A stretch of DNA of 64,000 nucleotides from Cyanophora paradoxa CCMP329 (lineage: Eukaryota > Plantae > Glaucophyta): positions 62,001 through 126,000 of the forward strand of contig QPMI01000666.1 of the NCBI GenBank assembly GCA_004431415.1, written 5' to 3'. The position numbers and the translations under genes were made by a program. Shown here piece after piece: positions 1-12,310 of the stretch; position 1 is the first letter of the stretch, and each line of letters begins with the position of its first letter. The notes under the pieces are model-generated. The model ran no database searches. It was not told the origin of the DNA and worked only from the letters and a program-made list of their open reading frames with translations.

Positions 1-322
1 TGGCGGGGCCCGTGCCATGGCCATGGCCATGATGGCGCGGCCAGCAGCAGTGGCAGATTCAGAACTCCCCGCGAGCTTACTGACGTGCTTATTGGTATCA
101 TATGCATGATCATGAATATTACTAAGTTACTATTTACGTTACTAGCTGGCACGTTGATAAAGTCAAGATGTTGTCGGTCGCGTCTGAAATGCATATACCC
201 CGCTCGTTACCGATTTTTCAGCTAATTACTAGTTCAACCAGGCTAACTCTAGATCTAGGGCCACATACTATGATAGGTCAGTATAGAACCGATTTCTGGG
301 CTACAGGGGGCTAAGCATACAT

Positions 323-1749
323 CTACACTCTTGCGGGCATGTCGAGGGACTTGCGGGCGACCGACCGCTCCTTGGCGTTGGTGCCAGCAGTGGCCGCCGG
401 GCGTCGGGATCCGCCAGCTGTCATTGAAAGGGTTCGAGGTGTAGACACCGCGGTGGCACTCGGGACGGGGCTCTCCCCATTGCCGTCCCCGGCGCGGTCG
501 GCGGGGGCCGGCGGTGCATCGCATTCGAGGACTACCTTCGACGGGTCCACTATGACCTCGGGGCCCTCGCCGCCTTCCCCGCCGCCATCCGCGGGAGGTG
601 GGTGGCGCCCTTCCGCTGCTGCTGCTGCTGCCGCCGCAGATGCTGCCGCCGCAGATGCTGCCGCCGCCGCAGATGCTGCTGCCGCCGCCCCCGCAGTGGC
701 TTCTGATGTGGGCTGCGCCCCTGAAGGAGACGCCCCGGGGGGGGCGGGGCTTGCGGATTGCAGGGGGTCGGCGTCGGACGAGGGCATGGATGAGGGGGCG
801 GAGGAGGGCCCGGCAATCTGGGCGGGGGTGGCCGAGCGGGAGGCGCCGTCCGAGGTGGAGGCGGTGGCGGCGGCCTTGACGGCTTCGCCGCGCGTGATCT
901 CGATCGAAGTCCGCTCTACACTCCGCGCCCCACTTTTGTTGCCCCCACTGCGCGACCCACGTCAGATCGCCCCGCGCCGCCTGGAGCGGGACTCACTTTT
1001 TGTACGACGCCGTCTCAGGGTCTGCGGGGAAAGGCGTGAGGGGCAGAAAGATTCTCGAGGGTGCGCGCGAGGGCGCACTGATGGCGGGCAGCTCCTGCAT
1101 GGGGACCAGCTTGTGGAACTTGTCCACGCTCTCCGAGAGCTGCTTGTCGTAGTCCGACGCTTTCTTCATGAAGAGTGGCGAGAACGTCCTCAGCCAGAAC
1201 GACCCACGCTGCAACGACTGGTTCACGTCCGCCACCCCTTGGCACATCTCTGCAATTGGCAGTCAGCAGCCGCCGCGCGAACGATCAACCCACGCGCGCC
1301 TGTAACCACGCGCTTCACGTCCAACGACACCCTGCGCCCCATGCCATGAGACTACGCGGCACGGGCTAGCAGGAAGGGCCACCATTCCGCCTTGGTCATG
1401 AGGAGCAGTATTCGTCGGACCTGTCGCGGTCGTGAGCTTGACGTATGCGCCAGCGGAAACTGTCTGCACACCTTTTCAAGAGTTGCTAGCATAGGCAGCT
1501 CCAGTTTTCCCTTCCGAATGCGGCTGATTTCGTGCACGATCTGCGGCGACAGCGTTTCGACCCTCGACGACGGGAGGCCGGATCGATCGGGGTCGCCAGG
1601 AGCCGCGCACGGAGTACAGGTTGTCAAACGCATCTCCAACACGGCCTATGAAAGCCGAATCTGTGCCGAGAAGAGCCCGTGAGCACAAATGCGAAGCCGC
1701 AGGCCGTGGCGCGCTGAGGCTTGAAAAGTGACGTCGGCGGCGCACCCAT
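323..1749 (-). CDS. Multi-exon hypothetical protein with Ala/Ser/Pro-rich C-terminus
   Basis: Coding-like fragments (DSAFIGRVGDAFDNLYS; IVHEISRIRKGKLELPMLATLEK; GSFWLRTFSPLFMKKASDYDKQLSESVDKFHKLVP) separated by short GT/GC..AG intervals; candidate ATG at 1749, last exon in ORF 323..787. No family recognised. Confidence 0.45.
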
Positions 1750-2021
1750 CGATATGCAAGGCTGCCGCCTCCGCCGGATCGCCGAAAAGCTCGCGGGCCG
1801 ATCGGTCCAGCACAGTTCAGAGCACTAGTGCACCTTCGGGCCGAGCGCTCCGACTAGCGCATTCAACGAACTAATGCGAGATTGCTGAGAATGCCTCGAG
1901 GTGCTGCCGGTACTGGGTGCTGCAGGATGCTGCTTGGGCGCAGAGCGTGGGGGTACAGCGGCATCGAACTACACTCAGCGCAGCGAACTCCACTCGAACT
2001 CTGAATTTCTTGAGCTCGCCA

Positions 2022-5000
2022 ATGACGCACGCGAACGGAACCGGCACCAGCGGCGGCGCGCTACTGAAGAAACGCAAGGTCGATCTTAAAGACCTCCAGC
2101 GGAAAGACAGTAGCTCGTCGTTGGAGAACTTCAAGATCGCCCACGGGGTGAGCCCTGAGCCCCCCAGTTCTGTGCCGGGCCGGGCGCCGAAAGGGCGCCC
2201 CGTGGGGCGGTCCCGCGCGCGGCCGTCCTCGGCCGCGCGTACGGTCGCTGGTCGCTTGGCCTTCACGCGCTTTACGTCGGCTGCGCCTCGAGGGCCCTCG
2301 CCAACCTTTCGCCGCCTCCTGCCGCGGCATCGCCGGCGACGCGCTAACGAGCACGCGCTTTACGCAGGATGTCGTGCTTGGCGCGCTCGCGCTTTGTGGA
2401 GGGGAAGAGGGGAAAGCGCAACGCGAGTTCATGCAGGCGGCAGGTGTCTAAATTTTATCTCCAACTTGAAGGTCGTTTGTCTAGCTATAACAAACTTATC
2501 TTTTTCGAAATAAGTGTGCGAGGCGCTGAAGAAGTCGGAGCTCGGGTCGATCGACCGTGCGGCGAAGATTGACCCAAGGTGCGGGCCGGGCGCTGTCCCG
2601 TGCGGGCCGGGCGCTTCCCTGCGCGTGCCGGGCGATGTTTCATTGTATGGGCTCATCGCATGTATACTGTTGTATAAGATGTTGATACGTTGACAGGGAC
2701 GTCGTCTGGGCGAGCGACGATCTGTGCTTCATCGGCTGCGGCTCTCAGACGAATTATCCCGGTGCCCCTTGAGCCTGACCGCACCGCGCCCGCGGGGAAC
2801 GAGGCAGGGCGCAGGGATACGGTACGCGCTGGGCCAGGACCTCTTCAAGTCCCGGCGCATCGCCGTAGTGCGCGACATTTTCGACCGCGACCCCGAGGTG
2901 CCTCGTCAGGGGCAAATGGTGACGTGCAGAGCGTGACCGGTCACGCGCGCGCAGCACGAGACACTTGACCGGGTGCTCCGGCTGGTGCGCCGTCTCGGTC
3001 ACTGCCCTACCTGCGCGGCTGAAGGCAGTCGGGCGGCAGGTGACGGACGACGTGACGGTGGTCCTCGCGGTGGCGTTCGAGGAGCTCACCCGCCGCCTCG
3101 TTCGGCCGCCCCCCCGGCCCCCGCCCCGCCTCAGGCCCTGTGCCCCGCCGCCCCTCATGCCCCGCCCCCAGGTCAACGAGTACATCACGTGCGTACTCTT
3201 TCAGGGGAGGGTTCGGGGGCGGTGGGGCTGGTCGAGCGAAGCGCAGGGGGGAGGATGGCTCCTACGCGCTGCACCGTCACGACATCAATCTCGTGGCGTT
3301 CCTGCACGAGAACGGGTTCCGGGTCGTCGAAGCCGCCAGCGTGGCCCGCCTGCGCTCCTTCCACCCGTCCGACGTACCTGTTCAGCAGTCCACCAATCAC
3401 GTCATGTGCCCGCCCCGCCCGCCACGCCCTCCCCGTCCCGCCTGACGCCGGTGCCGAGGCAGCATGGTGGCACCGACGGCGTTCGAGGCGGCGATCGAGC
3501 GGGCTAAGGAGCAGGGCATCCTGCGCGCGCACCCCGCCTACCGTGGCATGACCGTCCCCCAGATCCAGGCTCGCCCGCCCGCCCCGCCCCGCCCGAGCTG
3601 CGCGGCGCGTGCGATGGCTCGCGCAGTCGCGGGTGCTGCAGGAGTTCTCGAACCTTGTGACGCTGGTGCGGGAACGGGCCGGCGTGCAGGTGCACCTGTT
3701 TTCTCACGAGCGCTACCACGACACCCCCGACGCCGTCTTCCCCAACAACTGGTTCTCCACCCACGTCCGCCCCGCCCCGCCCCGCCCCGCCCCGTCCCAC
3801 CCCGGGGCGCAAGCGGGGCGGGCCGGCTGCAGACGAACCTGGAGGTCGGGGAGTGCACACTGGTGATCTACCCGCTCTCGAAGCCGGAGCGTCGCAAGGA
3901 GCGGCGACCGGAGTTCCGCAACCGCCTGAACGGCTTCCGCCGGTACACGCACGTGCTGGACCTCACGGGCCTGGAGGCGGAAGGCCTGTTCTTGGAGGGC
4001 ACCGGCTCGCTCGTTCTCGACCGCATCCACCACGTCGCGTCCGCCCCGCCCGCCCCACGCCCCACGCCCCGCGCCCCGCGCCCCGCGCCCCGGCTCACCC
4101 GCAACCCAGGTACGTCGCCTTGTCGGAGCGTGCCCAGGAGAAGGCGGCGCGGCAGTGGTGTGACGCAATGCAGTATGAGTGCGTGCCCCGTCCCTGTTCG
4201 GCGCGGGGCTGGCCGGCGGGGCGCGGACCGACGCGGCGCAGGCTGGTGACGATGCGGGCAAAGAACGTGCACGGAGAGCCCGTCCTCCACACCGACGAGA
4301 TGCTTACCGTTGGCGCGCCCCGCCGCGCGCGTCCCGCTGGGGTCCCTTTCCCCAGGCGACGCCGGCACAGGGACCTCCGTGGCCATCGTGTGCGCGGAGG
4401 CGATCGAGGAATCCGCGGAGCGCGAAGCCGTCCTCGCCCGGTGACCCCCCCCCTCCCCCCCTCCTCCCCCTCCCTTCCCCCCCCCCCCCCCCCCCCGCCC
4501 CCCCCCCCCCCCCCCCCCCCCGCGCCTCTCCTCCTTCCGCCGCCCCGCCCCGCTTTGCCCCGCCCCGCCCCGCGCTGTCGCCCCAGCGCGGCCTGCCGGG
4601 GAGGCGGACGGCACTGACTGGGCGGTCGGGGTGGGAAAGGCTTGTGCGGACGCACGACGTGGTGCAAATCACGAAGGAGCAGATGGTCCGCACGATCTCG
4701 AGCTCGCCTCCGCCTATATGTGTGAAGGGCCCTCTTAAGCCCTCGGCCCTTGCTTGCAGGCAAGCTTTTGCGGTGCCGCCATCGAGCTCGAGGACTGGCG
4801 CGGCCGTCCCGCCCTTTTCCTTTCCTCCGCCGCCCACGGTGCGCGTTGCACCCGTACCCTGCACCCTGGGCAGCGCCGCAGCCCGGTGCTGCGCGCTGCT
4901 CATGCCGTCCCTCCCGTAGCGGCACTGACGAGCGAGCAACGCGAGAAGCTTGAGCAGCACGCGACAGGGGGGCTGCTCCACACGCCCTTGGACACGCTTG

Positions 5001-5050
5001 AGGTTATTGGTGGTGGTTCTGCCCGCGCCCTGATAGCCGAGCTCTTCTAG
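2022..5050 (+). CDS. Arginine deiminase-like N-terminal domain fused to CtlX-like amidinotransferase (pentein) domain; probably catalytically degenerate
   Basis: Spliced peptide has ADI-like DLFKSRRIAVVRDIFDRDPE..HLDRV..TRRLVNEY, then CtlX signatures QSTNHVMMVAPTAF, HDTPDAVFPNNWFSTH, FLEGTGSLVLDRIHHVAYVALSERA and C-terminal LEVIGGGSARALIAELF*. Start approximate. Confidence 0.8.
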
Positions 5051-5197
5051 CTAATAGATACGATCTATAGCTAGCCTCACGCGTACTGCATACGCATGCG
5101 TATGTGCCTATAGCTAAAGAATTTTCAAGTTTCGGAACCAATTTCCATTTCGAATTCGACATGTATGTGCTTTCGAACTTAAATTCATTTATGCAAT

Positions 5198-6433
5198 GAA
5201 TATCGATGAAATTCGATCGGGAAGGGCCGGGGTATACTAGTACCGAGAACCGGTCTCCGTGATACCCTCGGGTGGCGCTGTTTGGAGGCAATTGCAAGGT
5301 ATAAGGGGACAGGGGTAGCAGCATATGCATTGGCCCGGAGTCGACGTCGACGTCAGGTGGAGCGCCGAACTTTCCCCGACTCGGGAGTACTAGTCAGGTA
5401 TATGCATGGGAAGCAGTAATAGTGGTGTGAGATCAAGATATCGATGAAATTCGATCGGGAAGGGGGTATACTAGCAGACCCGGTGACCGCGCCCGGGCCT
5501 GGCAAGTGCGGCAAGTGCGGGCCGCGCGCGGAGGTGCAAGGGGGGGTACTTGACTCATTGCAACTGCAGGGTATCCGGCCGCGGGCGAGGCGGGCGGGAT
5601 GTCGAGGTGGGCACTGCGGCAGGTGGGGTCGGGAGGTGGGCGGAGGCATGCGCACCAGGCTAGGGGGCACGGGAGCTAGGAGCGGCAGGTGGCGCCGGGC
5701 TCTCCGCATAGCCTGCACAGGGCCGAGGCGTCAGCTCGCCCCAGACATCGGCGGCACGGGGGTGGGGCCCAGCGCTAGCGGCGGCGGCAGGGTGAGCTCG
5801 AGGCCTATATGTATAGCTAGCTAGGTGCGCAGCATTAGCGGCGGGGCGAACCTGGCCCGGCCTGGAGTCGACGAAGCGAGGCAGCGGGCGGCGCGGCGGG
5901 TGGGGAAGCGGACAGAACGGCAGGTGGTGCCGGGCACTGCGCATAGCCTGCGCAGGGCCGATGCGTCAGCGCGCCCTGGAGAGCGGCGGCGCGGTTGCGG
6001 GGCCCAGCGGCGGTGGGCAGGGTGAGGCCTCTAGCTAGGTGCGCAGCATTAGCGGCGGGGCGAACCTGGAGTCGACGAAGCTGAGGCAGCGGGCGGCGCG
6101 GCGGCGCGGGTAGGGAAGCGGGCGCCGGCAGAGCGGCAGGTGGCGCCGGGCACTGCGCCGCGGCGCATGTATAGCCTGCGCAGGGCCCAGCCCGGCGCGG
6201 CGTACTAGGAGCAGCTGCGATTACTGCGACGCCGCCACCATCTGCTACAGAGTGCTGGCCCCGGGTCAAGATAAGCGTACTTGTGCGTGGCGCCCCGCGG
6301 CCGGCGCTGCGAGGCGTGCGCATGCACGAGGCACATGCAAAGAATCGCATCTGAAGAAAATTGCTAACACAGAAAGTACGCCGCACCAATATTAATTCAC
6401 GTACCAGGGGAGGAGGGGGTACCCCCTTTGCAA
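5198..6433. repeat. Intergenic repeat region: duplicated ATATCGATGAAATTCGATCGGGAAGG block, degenerate ~210-230 bp tandem units, possible MITE-like element
   Basis: Block at ~5200 and ~5438; GGCAGGTGG(C/T)GCCGGGC..ATAGCCTGC units at ~5683, ~5918, ~6134; TAGCTAGGTGCGCAGCATTAGCGGCGGGGCGAACCTGG at ~5818 and ~6032; imperfect inverted ends TGCAAGGGGGGGTAC (5535) / GTACCCCCTTTGCA (6419). Confidence 0.55.
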
Positions 6434-6585
6434 GTAGTACTAAGCAGCTTTCACCTGCAGTGCAGCGCTGCGCTGGCTCTAGGCCTTGGCTTTCGGTCAG
6501 AGATCTAGATCTAGAGCGCTAGCTGGTGCCGATCGAGGACGAGGACGGCCGACGCGCCGTGCCACGGTGTGCAAGTGCGACTAGC

Positions 6586-9039
6586 ATGGACCTTCTCTCG
6601 CTCCGGAGAGGGGAGGCGATCCCGGTGCAAACAGCTGCCTTTGCATGCATAGGCCGCACGCACGCGAAGCCCCACGCAGGTTCTCCCCGTGGAGACAAAC
6701 GCGGCGCCCTTTGCGCTCGCTGTGCGGCTGCCGTCGGAGCTGCTGAAGGCACTCGCGAACGCGGGTCTCGACAACCGCGTTTCCATAGAATTTGCAGAGA
6801 CGGCGGATGAGGCGGGGGTGCGCTGCTCGCCGCCGCGCTCGTGCGGGCTCGCCTGAGCCGTCGCAGATTCTGCGCTGCGGCGACGACGAGTACAAGTTCC
6901 GACTGCTGAGGGAGAACACGGTGGACTGTTTCGTTGCCGAAGGGCGGTCCCTCGTCGCCGTGCGCATTGCACCAGCGCGCTCACGCCCTGTCAGCGCCTC
7001 ACGCGACGCAGGTCGGCCCGGTCACGAGCAAAGCTAATATCCAACAGCAGCTGAGTCAGAAGAAGCGCCTGGAGCTGCAGGGCCGCGTCGCGGAGGAGAA
7101 AGAGAAAGACGGCAGGCGGTGCGCCGCGCGGGCCGGGGCTGCGGGCTGCGAGCATATGCGCGCGCGCGCAGAGCGCAGCTGCTGGATGGACCGCCCACGA
7201 GCAAGCCTCCGAAGCCCAAAGGTGCGTCGCGCAGTCGCTCGAATCCGGGAGCGCGGGATGAGCCTGCGGCAGCGACGGGGGCGCCCGCACAACCGCGGAA
7301 GGTGAGTCTCTGGAGCGCTTGGACCCCCCTCGTCCCATGAACGACATTGCAGCTTTCGGCTGCCGCGGCATCGGGACCAACTGGGCGGAAGCCGTCGAAC
7401 TCTGGCGGCCTCGTCCTCGCCCCCGCGGCGGCGCGCGTGAGCCCAACGCCGCCGCTCGACGCCCCCGCCTCGACCAGCTCCGGTGCGGCCTGCCGCCGAG
7501 GCCGCTTCCGCCATGGTCCGAATGGCGCTGTGGCGCAGGGCTGCCGCCGCCGTCGCCGTCGGCGTACACGCAGATGCTGATGAATGTGGCGGGCGTGACG
7601 GAGCCGACGGCGCGGGGCCCCGCCTCGTGGGGGAACCGGGTGTCTGACGGGCGTGCAGGTGCTGAAGGGTCCGGGGGCGACGAAAGTGCCGGCTCTTGCG
7701 AACGGAAAGCACGACATCGAGCGGCACGTCGTCCACCTCCTCGCCCTCGGCGCCCTCACCGTGCCCGCCCCCCGCCAACCCTCCCACCCATCCCCCCCCC
7801 CCCCTTCTCCCCCCCCCTCTTCCCCCCTGCCCGCCTCTAACGCCGCGCAGTCGGCGGTGCTGAACAAGATCATGCACAAGCTCACCGGCGCGTCGGACAG
7901 CGTGACGACTTTCACCGTGCTGAAGAGCGTTGCCGACTGCTTCGCCCCAGGCCGCTACCGCCTCAAAGCCGACATCGCCGCCACCGCCGTCCGTTGCGAC
8001 TGGCCTGACTACACGCGCGCCGCCCGCCCCGCCTACCGCATTGCCCCTCACGCCCCGCAGAGCCGCCGACCGCGAGCGCGCGCGCGCGGTCGTGCGCGAG
8101 GCGCGCCTGGCGACGGGGCGCGACCCCGACGCCGAGGTCGCGCCCCCGGCGCAAACCGCCCCGGAGCCGGCTGGCCCCTCCAAGCGCGCCGCCGCCTCCA
8201 AGCGCAAGAAGGAGGCCCCCTCTGCGCCGGCCGCCGCGCCCGCCGGCCGCAAGGCCGCCGACGGTGCCGCGGGGGAGCAGCCGGACGCGGCCTCCCCGGG
8301 GCCGGAGACCGCGGGGCCGGCCCTCGAGGAAGAGTCTACGCGCGCAGCGGCCGCGCCGGTGGAGGCAGTGCGCAAGGCGAAGCGGGAGAGGCGGAGGAGC
8401 GGGGAGGATGCAGCGGGGGAGGATGCGCCGGCGGGGGAGGAGGCGGCGCGGGCGAAGAAGAAGCGGAGAAAGGGCGTCGAGGTGGCTGCTACGCCTGGGG
8501 TCCCCGAGGAGGTCCCCGTGCAGGGGGCGCCCGAGGAGGACGAGGAAATGTGGTCCCTGCCGGCGGGCTACACGCCCCTCGGAGAGGAGGAGCCCGAAGA
8601 GGGGGACGACGCCGGGCCCGAGGGGTACCTGCGGCGGCGGGCCACGTTCGAGGTGCGCCCCGCGCGCCGCCGACGGGGCGCGCGTGACGGGGCGGCAGCG
8701 CCTGTATGCACACTACGAGCGGATCGACGAGCGCCTGACCGCCTGCGCCGGCGTGTTCCAGCGCCTCTTCGCCGAGTACTCCGCCGTCCGCCCGCTCCGC
8801 TCCGCTTCTCCGCGCTTCGCCCCGCCTCGCGCACTGATTTCAAGCAGGCCGAGGAGGGAAGCGCGGGACGGGAAGAGGCGTCGGCGCGGATCGCGCGGCT
8901 GGCGGCGCGGCGGAAGGGGAGCGTGCGGGCGCTGCACGCCCAGTACCTGCTTCTCCACCGCCGCCTCGCCCGCCTCAAGGCCCTTCTCGCGCCCTCGCCC
9001 TCCCCGACCCTGCCCCGGCGCGTCCCGCAGCACAGCTAG
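6586..9039 (+). CDS. ELL: RNA polymerase II elongation factor ELL-like protein (ELL winged-helix region + Occludin/ELL C-terminal domain)
   Basis: IERHVVHLLALG...LKSVADCFAPGRYRLKADIAATAVRCDWPDYT resembles ELL VIHLLAL...Y.LK...DWP.Y; C-terminal helical YLRRRATFE.RLYAHYERIDERL...YLLLHRRLARLKALL resembles Occludin_ELL; multi-exon. Confidence 0.7.
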
Positions 9040-9281
9040 CCCCTGGCCCCATCTCCGCCTCACCCCGCAGCCCTTCTATAGAGAGATCTACATGTCCCTA
9101 TAATATCGCCACCTACCGTGACCTACGTTTGTGTGTTGCAGGCACGGATGATAGGAACCATTGCGAATCATCGGATTGCTGTCCAGAGAAACGGCGGAAA
9201 ATAGAGGCGGGGGGAGGGGGAAGGGGGAAGGGGGGTGGGGGGAGGGGGATAGGGTGCGTGGCCCGGTGCGTGCGAGGGCGG

Positions 9282-11743
9282 CTAGAGCTCCTTGTCCCGG
9301 AAGTCGGTGAAGTGGTCGAGCATGTCGAAGGACTCGGCGATCTGGTTCTCGGTGAGGGTCGTCAGCGGCTGCCGCTTGATCTCGTCGCCCCGCTTGCGCA
9401 GCAGCAGCAGCATCTTGAGGGACTGCGGGGAGCGGTACGGGTCGAGGAGGCCCTCGATGCGGGAGAACCAGGAGACGAGGGCGCGGAAATTGGAGTCGGA
9501 GGCGTGCATGACGACGCGGTCCAGCAGGCGCTCGCACACGGCGAGGATCTTCACGCGCACCGCCTCGCTCATTGTCTCCGCCCAAGTTCGCTTCAGCACG
9601 TTGATCGTCTCCAGGGTCACCATCTTGTTCAGGCGACACGAATGGAAGAGCCGCTCCATGTCGTAGATGCTCTGCGCCTTGTCCTCCGACGTCAGGTTCT
9701 TCAGCACCTGCCGGCGCGAGGTCCCGCCCCGTCACGCCCCGCCCCGCCCCAGGCCCGCCACCCGGCCGGCGCGCCTGGAAGAGGTCTTGCGTGTGCGTGA
9801 TCCACGAGTGCTCGCTCTGGCTTAGCTCCCGCAGGACCGTCATTCGCGTCGCCTCGAGCTTCTGGTGCTGCGACGGCGTCGAGGGCGGCCCCGCGGGGAG
9901 GGGGGCGGGGGCCGGGGCGGGGCGGACGAGGATCTCCTCGATGTACGCGTCCTCCATGTAGGGCTCCTTGCCCGTGAGGTCCGTCAGCGCCGCCGTCAGC
10001 TCGCTGATCTCCCCTTCGTACACCGGAAAGAACTTGAAGACCTGCGTCGCCTCAGTCGAACCGCGCCGCGCCGCACCGCTCCCCACGCCGGGCGGGCCTG
10101 GCGGGTGTGGAAGGAGATGTAAAAGGATGCCGTGCTCTGCACGCGGCCCCACGTGAACTGATTCACCTCCGAGTACCTGCCGCCCCGTCACGGCCCGCCT
10201 CGCCCCGCCCCGCCCCGACCCGCCGAGCGCGCCGGAGGGAGAGCGTCGCCTCCTCGCCGCCGCGCGCCTCGCCGGCGGCCTTCTGCGCGTGCTGCCGCGC
10301 CTGCTCTTGGTCGATCTGCGCCGGCGTCGCCCACTGCGAGGCGAGGTGCGGCGGCGAGGCGGGGCGCGCCGTCCACGTGACGCGGTCGCCACGAAGCTCA
10401 AGCCGCCCGGGGGCGATGGACGTAAAGATCTCCTGCGGGGGCGTGAGGGTTGCCCGGGGCGGGCGGGGCGGAGCGCGGGCGCGGGCCTCGAGACACTCTT
10501 CCTGCTCGTTGGCATGGTAGATGAGGCGATTGAGGACGGGGTCGACCTGGAGCCAGATCTCTCCGACGACCGCCACGAGAGCGTCCGCCTCCACGCCGCC
10601 CCCGAGGGCCTCCGGGTGGTACCGCGCCGAGAGAGCCACCGCCGGCGACTCGGAACGCTCGGTCACGCCCGCCGCCCCGCCTTCCCGCCCCACCGCCTTC
10701 CCCTCGCCGAGGGAGGAGCCCGAGGCGACGCCGTTCGCCCGCGGGGCTTCGGGGGCGACCTCGGGGGCGGCGTGCAGGGGCCCCGGGAGGTGGAGGAGTG
10801 CATGGGCGAGGGCGGCGTCGAGACGTGCCACGCGGGCCGCCAGCTCCGCGTAAAACTGCGAGCGCTCGTTCTCCTCCGACTCCGCGATCGCCCGCACCTG
10901 GCCCTGCGTCAGCCCTGTACGAGGCCGGCGGCGGGCGGGGGGCAGCGCGCCTCGGTGTAGGCTTGCTTGAGGCGCAGGAGAAGGGGCGGCGGCAGCGGGT
11001 AGGGCCCGAGGCTCTCCTGCGTGAGGGCGAGGAGGCTCTCGACGCGGGCCTGGAGGACAGGGTCCGGCCCCTCCAGGCGGCTAGCCTGCACCGCCTCCAG
11101 CACCAGCCGCGCCGCGCCGATGTACGCGTCCGTCCGTGTCCGCACCTCCCGCAGAAACGGCCCCGCCATCGCTAGCTGCCCCTCCCCGGCCGCCCATGGC
11201 AGCGAGTCGACGTGCTGCCCGCCGCTCAGGGTCCAACCTCGCCGGCACGGCGCGGCGCTACGCGGCGGGACGCACCATGAGCAGCTCCGCGTGGTGTGTG
11301 CCGGCAGCTTCGGCCATCTGCCAGAGGAGCTGCGGCTGGCAGCCCTGCGGCACCATCAGGCACCGCAAAGAGCAAGCGGGCGGCACGCAGCCGCACGAGT
11401 GTGCGCAGAACGTCAAAGGAGGGGAGTCCAAGGAGCACGCGCTCCCACAACTGGTTACGCTCCGGCATGCTGCGCGGCGCAGTCAGCTGCACCGCTGCGC
11501 CGCGCGGAGAGGAAATTCACATGAGCAGGACCGATATGATGCGGAAGCGAGTAATCACGCTCTCGGCGGCTAGAAACTGGGGGTCCTCCTCCATCCGTTC
11601 GGCCACGGTTTGCAGATGCTTCGCAACCTCCGGGCCCGCGGGGCTGCCTCGTAACGCCTGAAAAACCGAGTCATGAGGAGGCACGCACACGGGCGCGGGC
11701 TGCGGCCTGCGGCGACCTCGAGGGCGCCGAGTATGTCCGCCAT
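9282..11743 (-). CDS. Multi-exon hypothetical alpha-helical protein
   Basis: ATG at 11743 (MADILGALEV); exons matching ORFs 11517.., 10909..11169, 10163..10897 and 9282..9707 joined by short introns; no family recognised. Confidence 0.6.
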
Positions 11744-12310
11744 GGCGCCTCCTGTCGGTACCGCGCTGCCGCTCTTCTGCTGTTAACGCTGCACTCCAGC
11801 TAACGCACGCCAGAACAGCCGCCGAGACCGCAGCAAAACGAGGCCTGCTATTCTGGGGGGCTCGCTCAATGTGTGCCAAGCCGTAGTTGTAGGTACTACA
11901 GGTGGCTAGTCCTAGGCTGGGGCGTGCGCGTGGCAGGCTCACGAGCTGAAAAACGTTAACAATGCGGCCTCCGGGTACGGCCTCATCTGCGAGCTACTAG
12001 ATCTAGATCTAGCTATAGAGCCCTAGGTCAGCGGCCGGCTCCCGCGTCTGCAGCTGCCCCCGCCCTCAGCGCCCGCCACGATGAATACGCGGATGAAGGC
12101 CCCAGCACTGGAGAAACGCCATGCATATATATGGGCCAGAGGGATTCCCCCGGCGGGCCAACCCCGCCCCCCAAGCTGCGGCGCAGGCCGCGTCGTAGTT
12201 TGGGCAGGACCTGCCTGCGTTGCCCGCAGGCTTGTCGCCCCCGTAGGTGGCACAGACCCAGCTAAGCTCTTTGCGATGTCCGCAGCTAGCATGCCTGTGT
12301 TATCAATGCG

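Noticed and set aside
4444-4520. Poly-C/poly-G runs (also 31063-31095 and 40250-40280) as functional G-quadruplex elements
   Set aside because: They lie inside introns, homopolymer length is error-prone and there is no other support.
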